From Macrostomum lignano (Eukaryota): 64,000 nucleotides of DNA. Position numbers and translations under genes: made by a program. Location of the stretch: the NCBI GenBank assembly GCA_002269645.1, contig NIVC01000064.1, positions 310,001 to 374,000 of the forward strand. The letters are read 5' to 3'. The notes under the pieces are model-generated. The model searched no databases. It had not been told where the DNA came from and was given only the letters and a program-made list of their open reading frames with translations. Shown in pieces: positions 37,362-48,473 of the stretch; the first letter of the stretch is position 1, and every line of letters starts with the position of its first letter.

Positions 37362-39905
37362 ATGTCAGCAGTAGCCAATCAGAATCGAGTAGAAAATGGC
37401 AAAGAAGTTGAAGCAGCAATAGAAGAAGTAGACGAGGAACAATATTTCACCGATCCAGATGATATTATCGATTTGTCTCGCCTGTCAGATTCGGTTATTC
37501 GAGTATCGCCAACGCCCGATTCAAATGCATTAGTAGCTTCTGCTCCGTCTAAAGTGGAACTACTTCGCAGCCTGTCTTATTTAGAGTCGGAATTGCAAGC
37601 GGCCGATGCGGCCATAGCAGCATTGAGAGCTAGCAAATCCAGGTTGGCATTCTATCAGGCCAAATACGTCAGGCTTGTTCTGCCAGATACATTCAGCTCC
37701 GCCCTGGGCGCCAGTTCAGGAAATCAGTCCTCTGATCAAGGTGCAGCAGAATCCGCCAATGGCCAACCAGACGACAAGCCAACAGTTGACGAGGAGAGCC
37801 AGATGGGCCAGTTGGAGAATCTAATCGAGGTGCAACGTCGGGCGCACGCTTGCATGACTGTACAGTTGGAAGGATTGCGGAATAAGCTTAAGAAGGTGAG
37901 GAACTGGGATGCTCATTATTGTTGCTAGCGAGCTGTCTGAATTTTGGCTAATTTGGATGACTTTAATATTAATGCGCTTAAGATTTTTTGGGATTTGAAA
38001 GGCCTCCTAGCTTTGGGATTAGGGTCACTGGCTTTGGGATTAGTGTTACTAGCTTAAAGCTTTGGGATTAGGGTTCCCTAGCTTTGGGATTAGGGTTACT
38101 AGCTTTGGGATTAGGGTTACTAGCTTTGGGATTAGGGTTACTCGCTTTGGGATTAGGGTTACTCGCTTTGGGATTAGGTTCCCTAGCTTTGGGATTATGG
38201 TTCCCTAGCTTTGGGATTAGGGTTACTCGCTTTGGGATTAGGGTTACTCGCTTTGGGATTAGGGTTACTCGCTTTGGGATTAGGTTCCCTAGCTTTGGGA
38301 TTATGGTTCCCTAGCTTTGGGATTAGGGTTTCCTAGCTTTGGGATTAGGGTTCCCTAGCTTTGGGATTAGGGTTCCCTAGCTTTGGGATTAGGGTTCCCT
38401 AGCTTTGGGATTAGGGTTCCCTAGCTTTGGGATTAGGGTTCCCTAGCTTTGGGATTAGGGTTCCCTAGCTTTAGGATTAAGGTTCCCTGGAATCCCTATA
38501 TTTATGGCTTAGGAAACCTAAGCTTTGGGATTGACTTTCTCGCGATATTATATAGCTATTCTAACAGTGCACTCTGCTCTATTCCAGGCCTCCCGCGACC
38601 TGATCGACGAGCGCTGCAAGCACGAACAGGACTCGGCCGAAGGCGACGACGTGCTGGCAGGCCTCGGCAAAGAACGAGAGCGACTGCTCAATGAGGTGAG
38701 TGAAGAGCTGACTGGTTTACTGCTGGCAGATAGCCTGTCAAAAAAGGCCCTGAAAAGTAGCATCAGGCCCTGAAGAATAGCATCAGGCCCTGAAGAATAG
38801 CATCAGGCTCTGAAGAATAGCATCAGGCCCTGAAGAATAGCATCAGGCCCTGAAGAATAGCATCAGGCTCTGAAGAATAGCATCAGGCCCTGAAGAATAG
38901 CATCAGGCCCTGAAGAACAGCATCAGGCCCTGAAGAACAGCATCAGGCCCTGAAGAACAGCATCAGTCCCTGAAGAACAGCATCAGGCCCTGAAGAACAG
39001 CATCAGGCCCTAAAGAACAGCATCAGTCCCTGAAGAACAGCATCAGCCCCCCATAAGGCTAATCTGAAGCGCTATTAATAATGCAGTAGCAGAAACTGCA
39101 AACGCCACCATGTCCTGAAGCGCCAGCTGAACTTGAACAATCAAACCCAACCCGCTTTGCCCCTCAGTTGGAGTTCGACCGCTCAAACAATCGGCGCCAA
39201 GAGAAGGAACTGAAGCGCCAGATTCGGGCACTAGAAGAGATTCGCTCAAGCAATGCCAAGCAGAAAGCTGTAGCGCTGGAACAGATTCGCCAAAGAAAAC
39301 AGGCAACCGCACAGCTGAAAGAGCTGACTGACCGGTGCCGCCAGCTGGAGTCTCAACGGCCTCGGCTAGCGACCAGCTCCTTGGATCCAGCAGTCGCCGC
39401 CGACAAAGCCGAGGCCGTCGCCGCAGCTGCCCAGCACAAAGTCGCCGAGCTGGGCCGTCAGGCACAGGCGGAGGCGGCAGCGGCGGACCGGCTCGCGGCA
39501 GAAGTTGAATCGCTGAGACTCCGCCTGACTGCCAACACCGCCGCCACCTCGTCGGCGTCTTCGGCTACGTCTTCAAATGCGACTTCGGGCGGTGCCGGGC
39601 GTCGGGGCGCGAAACCGGAACCGCCCGTCAGGCGGACGCCGGAGACGCCGCGGTCGAGGCCGCCGGGTACACCGACAGCGGCCTCGGCGTCGACGTCTTC
39701 AACAAGGATCGGCTCGTCACCTGGTGGCACACCTGGCTCAGGGTCCAGTAGTAGAGCTTCAGCTTCGTCTGCAGCGTCCCGTCTACCCATGAATGTCGGT
39801 GGCGGCGTCGGCGTGGGTGTCGGCAGTCCGAAACGAGCAGCGGCATCAAGCGGAGGCGGCGGGTCTGCGAGGGTTCTGGCTGCCGGGACTGCCAATGGCA
39901 AGTGA
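37362..39905 (+). CDS. Uncharacterised coiled-coil protein (~459 aa), join(37362..37895,38588..38695,39168..39905)
   Basis: GC-rich exons joined by phase-0 GTGAG...CAG introns. Heptad-like segments (LESELQAADAAIAAL; RRQEKELKRQIRALEE) and a low-complexity S/G/A tail. An in-frame stop at 37287 precedes the ATG. Confidence 0.72.
37985..38480. repeat. 21/22-bp minisatellite CTAGCTTTGGGATTAGGGTT(A/CC) (coiled-coil gene intron 1)
   Basis: Direct reading. Confidence 0.92.
38745..39045. repeat. 20-bp minisatellite AGCATCAGGCCCTGAAGAA(T/C) (coiled-coil gene intron 2)
   Basis: Direct reading. Confidence 0.92.
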
Positions 39906-40129
39906 GGCGAGTTGAACTGTGAGCTGCGCGAACTGTCGCCATGTAGGCAGACTGATTGTTGTCTGTAGCTTCTGGCGCCATTTTCAAACCGGATTGTAAC
40001 CGCTGCTGTTTTAAGGATCAAGGCTCATAGGTTAGGTTATTTTTCTGAATCGCACTGAAGCTAGTACTCACGTTTTCCATATTTCTATCTGTACTGTAGG
40101 AGAATCTACTTTCAAAATAAACAAGAGTT

Positions 40130-43100
40130 CCAAACAATAAATAACCAGTTTCAAAATCAATAAATAACCAGTTTCAAAATCAATAAATAGCCAGTTTCAA
40201 AATCAATAAACAACCAATATCAAAATCAATAAACAACCAATATCAAAATCAATAAATAACCAGTTTCAAAATCAATAAACAACCAGTTTCAAAATCAATA
40301 AACAACCGATATCAAAATCAATAAATAACCAGTTTCAAAATCAATAAACAACCAGTTTCAAAATCAATAAACAACCAATATCAAAATCAATAAACAACCA
40401 ATATCAAAATCAATAAATAACCAGTTTCAAAATCAATAAATAGCCAGTTTCAAAATCAATAAATAACCAGTTTCAAAATCAATAAATAGCCAGTTTCAAA
40501 ATCAATAAATAACCAGTTTCAAAATCAATAAACAACCAATATCAAAATCAATAAATAACCAGTTTCAAAATCAATAAACAACCAATTTCAAAATCAATAA
40601 ATAACCAGTTTCAAAATCAATAAACAACCAGTTTCAAAATCAATAAATAACCAGTTTCAAAATCAATAAACAACCAGTTTCAAAATCAATAAATAACCAG
40701 TTTCAAAATCAATAAACAACCAATATCAAAATCAATAAATAACCAATTTCAAAATCAATAAACAACCAGTTTCAAAATCAATAAATAACCATTTTTAAAA
40801 TCAATAAATAACCAGTTTCAAAATCAATAAACAACCAATATCAAAATCAATAAACAACCAATATCAAAATCAATAAATAACCAGTTTCAAAATCAATAAA
40901 CAACCAATATCAAAATCAATAAATAACCAGTTTCAAAATCAATAAACAACCAGTTTCAAAATCAATAAATAACCAGTTTCAAAATCAATAAACAACCAGT
41001 TTCAAAATCAATAAATAACCAGTTTCAAAATCAATAAACAACCAATATCAAAATCAATAAATAACCAATTTCAAAATCAATAAACAACCAGTTTCAAAAT
41101 CAATAAAAACCATTTTTAAAATCAATAAATAACCAGTTTCAAAATCAATAAATAACCAATTTCAAAATCAATAAACAACCAGTTTCAAAATCAATAAATA
41201 GCCAGTTTCAAAATCAATAAATAGCCAGTTTCAAAATCAATAAATAACCAGTTTCAAAATCAATAAACAACCAATATCAAAATCAATAAATAACCAGTTT
41301 CAAAATCAATAAACAACCAATATCAAAATCAATAAATAACCAGTTTCAAAATCAATAAACAACCAATATCAAAATCAATAAACAACCAATATCAAAATCA
41401 ATAAACAACCAATATCAAAATCAATAAATAACCAGTTTCAAAATCAATAAATAACCAGTTTCAAAATCAATAAATAACCAGTTTCAAAATCAATAAACAA
41501 CCAATATCAAAATCAATAAATAACCAGTTTCAAAATCAATAAACAACCAATATCAAAATCAATAAATAACCAGTTTCAAAATCAATAAACAACCAGTTTC
41601 AAAATCAATAAACAACCAATATCAAAATCAATAAACAACCAATATCAAAATCAATAAATAACCAATTTCAAAATCAATAAATAACCAGTTTCAAAATCAA
41701 TAAACAACCAATATCAAAATCAATAAACAACCAATATCAAAATCAATAAATAACCAGTTTCAAAATCAATAAACAACCAGTTTCAAAATCAATAAATAAC
41801 CAGTTTCAAAATCAATAAACAACCAGTTTCAAAATCAATAAATAACCAGTTTCAAAATCAATAAACAACCAATATCAAAATCAATAAATAACCAATTTCA
41901 AAATCAATAAACAACCAGTTTCAAAATCAATAAATAACCAGTTTTAAAATCAATAAATAACCAGTTTCAAAATCAAGAAATAACCAATTTCAAAATCAAT
42001 AAACAACCAGTTTCAAAATCAATAAATAGCCAGTTTTAAAATCAATAAATAACCAGTTTCAAAATCAATAAATAGCCAGTTTCAAAATCAATAAATAACC
42101 AGTTTCAAAATCAATAAACAACCAATATCAAAATCAAGAAATAACCAATTTCAAAATCAATAAACAACCAATATCAAAATCAATAAATAACCAGTTTCAA
42201 AATCAATAAACAACCAGTTTCAAAATCAATAAATAACCAGTTTCAAAATCAATAAACAACCAATATCAAAATCAATAAATAACCAATTTCAAAATCAATA
42301 AACAACCAGTTTCAAAATCAATAAATAACCAGTTTTAAAATCAATAAATAACCAGTTTCAAAATCAATAAACAACCAGTTTCAAAATCAATAAATAACCA
42401 GTTTCAAAATCAATAAACAACCAGTTTCAAAATCAATAAATAACCAGTTTCAAAATCAATAAATAACCAGTTTCAAAATCAATAAATAACCAGTTTCAAA
42501 ATCAATAAATAGCCAGTTTCAAAATCAATAAATAACCAGTTTCAAAATCAATAAACAACCAATATCAAAATCAATAAACAACCAGTTTCAAAATCAATAA
42601 ATAACCAGTTTCAAAATCAATAAATAACCAGTTTTAAAATCAATAAATAACCAGTTTCAAAATCAATAAATAACCAATTTCAAAATCAATAAACAACCAG
42701 TTTCAAAATCAATAAATAACCAGTTTTAAAATCAATAAATAACCAGTTTCAAAATCAATAAACAACCAGTTTCAAAATCAATAAATAACCAGTTTCAAAA
42801 TCAATAAACAACCAGTTTCAAAATCAATAAATAGCCAGTTTCAAAATCAATAAACACAACCAGTTTCAAAATCAATAAACAACCAATATCAAAATCAATC
42901 AATAAACAACCAATATCAAAATCAATAAATAACCAGTTTCAAAATCAATAAATAACCAGTTTCAAAATCAATAAACAACCAATATCAAAATCAATAAATA
43001 ACCAGTTTCAAAATCAATAAATAACCAGTTTCAAAATCAATAAACAACCAATATCAAAATCAATAAACAACCAGTTTCAAAATCAATAAATAACCAGTTT

Positions 43101-44176
43101 CAAAATCAATAAATAACCAGTTTTAAAATCAATAAATAACCAGTTTCAAAATCAATAAATAACCAATTTCAAAATCAATAAATAACCAATTTCAAAATCA
43201 ATAAACAACCAGTTTCAAAATCAATAAATAACCAGTTTTAAAATCAATAAATAACCAGTTTCAAAATCAATAAATAACCAGTTTCAAAATCAATAAATAA
43301 CCAGTTTCAAAATCAATAAACAACCAGTTTCAAAATCAATAAATAACCAGTTTCAAAATCAATAAATAACCAGTTTCAAAATCAATAAATAACCAGTTTC
43401 AAAATCAATAAATAACCAGTTTCAAAATCAATAAACAACCAGTTTCAAAATCAATAAACAACCAGTTTCAAAATCAATAAACAACCAGTTTCAAAATCAA
43501 TAAATAACCAGTTTCAAAATCAATAAATAGCCAGTTTCAAAATCAATAAATAACCAGTTTCAAAATCAATAAACAACCAATATCAAAATCAATAAACAAC
43601 CAGTTTCAAAATCAATAAATAACCAGTTTCAAAATCAATAAATAACCAGTTTTAAAATCAATAAATAACCAGTTTCAAAATCAATAAATAACCAATTTCA
43701 AAATCAATAAACAACCAGTTTCAAAATCAATAAATAACCAGTTTTAAAATCAATAAATAACCAGTTTCAAAATCAATAAACAACCAGTTTCAAAATCAAT
43801 AAATAACCAGTTTCAAAATCAATAAACAACCAGTTTCAAAATCAATAAATAGCCAGTTTCAAAATCAATAAACACAACCAGTTTCAAAATCAATAAACAA
43901 CCAATATCAAAATCAATCAATAAACAACCAATATCAAAATCAATAAATAACCAGTTTCAAAATCAATAAATAACCAGTTTCAAAATCAATAAACAACCAA
44001 TATCAAAATCAATAAATAACCAGTTTCAAAATCAATAAACAACCAGTTTCAAAATCAATAAATAACCAGTTTCAAAATCAATGAATAACCTGTTTCAAAA
44101 TCAATAAACAACCAGTTTCAAAATCAATAAACAACCAGTTTCAAAATCAATAAACAACCAGTTTCAAAATCAATAG
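40130..44176. repeat. 23-bp AT-rich minisatellite AAATCAATAAATAACCAGTTTCA, ~4 kb (~175 copies)
   Basis: Direct reading. Confidence 0.97.
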
Positions 44177-44749
44177 ACTCCGTTTAACCAGAATAGTCAT
44201 TCGAAGTGGCAGACTTAATCAATTTCCACTTATTGCTATTCACCTCAATTGTAACTCTTAAATTGTGTGTTTTATTTACGTCACAGAACGTATTTTGCAA
44301 TCCCGCGTTATAATATGGAGAGTCTCTGTGTGAATCACTTGTTTTTTATTTATTTGTTTATTTACAAAATAACGAAAGCAGTAGCAGTCACTAGTCAGTC
44401 TGAGGCTCCAAGCCGCCTGAATCCTTCTATCTCGAAATATAATCGCATGGACTTTAGAAAACTAATTTTGTTTTCTTTTATATTTTTGTTTTCTTAGCTA
44501 AATTTAAAGTAATTGTTTTTTTTAATCATGCAGTGTCTATTTAATGTCAATCTCTATACTGCATATTAATCTTGTTTATGTTATTTTTTCGTTTCTATAT
44601 TTTCTACTATCATTTTGTAAATAATTCTTTCATAATGACGATGCATTATTATTAGAGAGGTGAAATTCACAATAAACACAGTTCGGAGACCCTCTTGTCC
44701 TATACATATTGTTTATATTGTTACTATACTAGTAGTATGACGTGCGTAT

Positions 44750-44907
44750 GGTTTTGTTCACTAGCTAGTGGTTAGAGAGTCGGCCTTACGACTTGAAGGT
44801 CGGGGGTTCGACTCCTGATCCCACTCGGAACAATTTGTGTCCTTGAGCATTAGCTGGGGGTATTAAGGGTAGGTGCAGCAACCTCCCAGTCCTTGGACTG
44901 AACAGCC
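44750..44907 (+). mobile_element. Truncated copy of the same SINE family lacking the central domain
   Basis: TAGCTAGTGGTTAGAG...GGTCGGGGGTTCGACTCC.GATCCCACT.GGAACAATTTGTGTCCTTGAGCA|TTAGCTGGG...CCCAGTCCTTGG.CTGAACAGCC aligns with 61340-61549. Confidence 0.78.
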
Positions 44908-45469
44908 AATTGGGGCAGGTGTAATCGATTGTTATTTATGACTTGCAAAATGAACAACAATCAAGTTTTCAAAAACTCGTGTGCATGAAATACAATTTTT
45001 TTTTCTATATTTCAGAGCCAGTTTTTTTAACTGCTTCGATATGTCATTCTGGATTTTTTGCTCTCTGTGTCTCTGCTTTTACTCTTGTTTAATAATATCT
45101 ATTATTCTTATTCTTATTATGTATGTTATATTGTGTTTACCGCGTGCTAAGAGTTTTATAATGAGTTTAAAACCAGCTTTGAATTTAATATGCCTTCACT
45201 ACGCTAGCGTGAGTTAAAATATAAATATTGTATGTTTACATGCAAATTTGAACTGGACCGAGTTTCAAATATTTAATCAAATCATATGAATTGTTAATCT
45301 TGTTGGTTGGATTTTTCATTTTGTTTATAAATTGGAATAGGATTTTGTCACTATTTATCTAGAACTTCGAGTGATGTGACATTTCAAATTAAATGAAAAC
45401 TCCGTTTTTTATTGACGAAATTAGTTCAGTAAATTTTTTGTAAAATAGCATAAATCAAAGTTAAGTAAT

Positions 45470-47222
45470 AGCATCAGTTCTGAAAAAAGCATCACCTCCC
45501 CTGAAGGATAGCATCATTTCCCCTAAAGGAGAGCATCACCTCCTCTGAAGGTTAGCATCACCTCCCCTGAAGGAGAGCATCACCTCCCCTGAAGGAGAGC
45601 ATCACCTCCCCTGAAGGAGAGCATCACCTCCCCTGAAGGAGAGCATCACCTCCCCTGAAGGAGAGCATCACCTCCCCTGAAGGAGAGCATCACCTCCCCT
45701 GAAGGAGAGCATCACCTCCCATGAAGGAGAGCATCACCTCCCCTGAAGGAGAGCATCACCTCCCCTGAAGGAGAGCATCACCTCCCCTGAAGGAGAGCAT
45801 CACCTCCCCTGAAGGAGAGCATCACCTCCCCTGAAGGAGAGCATCACCTCCCCTGAAGGAGAGCATCACCTCCCCTGAAGGAGAGCATCACCTCCCCTGA
45901 AGGTTAGCATCATTTCGACTGAAGGGTAGCATCGGTTCCCCTGAAGGGTAGCATTATTTCCGCTGAAGGGTAGCATCATTTCCCCTGAAGTGTAGCATCA
46001 GTTCCCCTGAAGGGTAGCATTATTTCCCCTGAAGGGTAGCATCAGTTCCCCTGAAGGGTAGCATCAGTTCCCCTGAAGGGTAGCATCAGTTCCCCTGAAG
46101 GGTAGCATCAGTTCCCCTGAAGGGTAGCATCAGTTCCCCTGAAGGGTAGCATCAGTTCCCCTGAAGGGTAGCATCAGTTCCCCTGAAGGGTAGCATCAGT
46201 TCCCCTGAAGGGTAGCATCATTTCCCCTGAAGTGTAGCATCAGTTCCCCTGAAGGGTAGCATTATTTCCCCTGAAGGGTAGCATCAGTTCCCCTGAAGGG
46301 TAGCATCAGTTCCCCTGAAGGGTAGCATCAGTTCCCCTGAAGGGTAGCATCAGTTCCCCTGAAGGGTAGCATCAGTTCCCCTGAAGGGTAGCATCAGTTC
46401 CCCTGAAGGGTAGCATCAGTTCCCCTGAAGGGTAGCATCAGTTCCCCTGAAGGGTAGCATCAGTTCTCCTGAAGGGTAGCATCAGTTCCCCTGAAGGGTA
46501 GCATCAGTTCCCATGAAGGATAGCATCAGTTCCCCTGAAGGGTAGCATCAGTTCCCCTGAAGGGTAGCATCATTTCCCCTGAAGGGTAGCATCAGTTCCC
46601 CTGAAGGGTAGCATCAGTTCCCCTGAAGGGTAGCATCAGTTCTCCTGAAGGGTAGCATCAGTTCCCCTGAAGGGTAGCATCAGTTCCCCTGAAGGGTAGC
46701 ATCAGTTCCCATGAAGGATAGCATCAGTTCCCCTGAAGGGTAGCATCAGTTCCCCTGAAGGGTAGCATCAGTTCCCCTGAAGGGTAGCATCAGTTCCCCT
46801 GAAGGGTAGCATCAGTTCTCCTGAAGGGTAGCATCAGTTCCCCTGAAGGGTAGCATCAGTTCCCATGAAGGATAGCATCAGTTCCCCTGAAGGGTAGCAT
46901 CAGTTCCCCTGAAGGGTAGCATCAGTTCCCCTGAAGGGTAGCATCAGTTCTCCTGAAGGGTAGCATCAGTTCCCCTGAAGGGTAGCATCAGTTCCCATGA
47001 AGGATAGCATCAGTTCCCCTGAAGGGTAGCATCAGTTCCCCTGAAGGGTAGCATCAGTTCCCCTGAAGGGTAGCATCAGTTCCCCTGAAGGGTAGCATCA
47101 GTTCTCCTGAAGGGTAGCATCAGTTCCCCTGAAGGGTAGCATCAGTTCCCCTGAAGGGTAGCATCAGTTCTCCTGAAGGGTAGCATCAGTTCCCCTGAAG
47201 GGTAGCATCAGTTCCCATGATG
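45470..47222. repeat. 22-bp minisatellite in two blocks: AGCATCACCTCCCCTGAAGGAG then AGCATCAGTTCCCCTGAAGGGT
   Basis: Direct reading; block switch near 45900. Confidence 0.96.
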
Positions 47223-47404
47223 GATACCTTTAGCAGTGAAGCAGATTAAAGAAATTGAACTGTCTTCTTTCCTCAACTCAAGTCTGCCGCGGCGTAGCTG
47301 AGTTGCGTCACTCGCAAAGATTGAGAGACTTTACCTGCACTCCCAAAAGTGGCGACCTCAGACAGAATCTTTGTGATGGCGACTTTTCGATGTAGCTGAG
47401 TATA

Positions 47405-47838
47405 CACTCGGCAACATTGAAAAGTTTCCACCCTAGTGCGCGAAGGGTCAACGTTTTGGTGGGTGGAGATATTCGTGGTTTGAGCCACAGACAAATATAT
47501 AATCCGGATTCGAACGAAGCAAAGAAACAAAGTACGCGAGCATGGGTGACAACTTGCCCAGAACAGGGTCAGTAACGCGTATAGCAGCCTTGCATTGGGC
47601 ATTTCGTTCGGTTGCGAACGTGGATTTTAGACTCATGTAAGCTGCTGCTGTCTGCTCCATGTGAATGTTTCCTTCGACCTGTCTGGCGTCTATGACCCAA
47701 GTTTTTGTCTATGGCCCCAGTGCGTGTTGGCGAAATCATCAATCGTCTATGGCACAAGTCTGGCGACAAAAACCAGTTTTGAAACTCTAAATATACACGG
47801 CTGGCGCGAGGGTGGAAACTTTTCAATGTTGCTGAGTG
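47405..47838. mobile_element. Tc1/mariner-type MITE (434 bp), ~30-bp TIR, TA TSD
   Basis: TA|CACTCGGCAACATTGAAAAGTTTCCACCCT ... AGGGTGGAAACTTTTCAATGTTGCTGAGTG|TA. Confidence 0.82.
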
Positions 47839-48473
47839 TATATTTATCTCACCGCAGAAACTAAAAATGTCCGACAAGCTCATCCTGACTCTCCTGTTTC
47901 TGGCACTTACAGCGTGCAACCTCGACTGAAAGGAATTTAACAATATTTACCGCTAACGCGGCTCAATTTTTGTCTATACATTGAAGATTAGTTACTACAC
48001 GTAGTTGATTAAAAAAAATCAACCATTCTTTTGTTGGCTCCCGCTGATTGCAAGTAATTAAACTGATTTTCACACCCTGTTTGTTTCTCGTCCTTCAAAA
48101 CTGCAGCCACCCCTCTCCACCGCGTTCCACGCGACGCAGCGTAAAACTAAATTGATTCTCTCTTTCCCTCTCTCTAATTGGCTGTCCCAACTCCCGTCTA
48201 GAGTTTGCTTTGTTTAGTTCAAAGTACACTGTAGCCCTGTACATGGAGGGCGGCTGGCCATGTACGCGCCTGATAAATTTCGTCTCTCCGACAGGCGTTG
48301 ATTGGCTGGACAGAACTAAGTTGCTATTTATTACAAAAAATGTACATTTTTTTCTGACTGCTAAGTCGCATACACAACGAAGCTACTGATAACAATTTAT
48401 AATATAAGACGTGAAGCAATTAGTGGTGAAGTTGCTAAACCATCTGTGCGTAAAATTAATTAATTAATCAATC

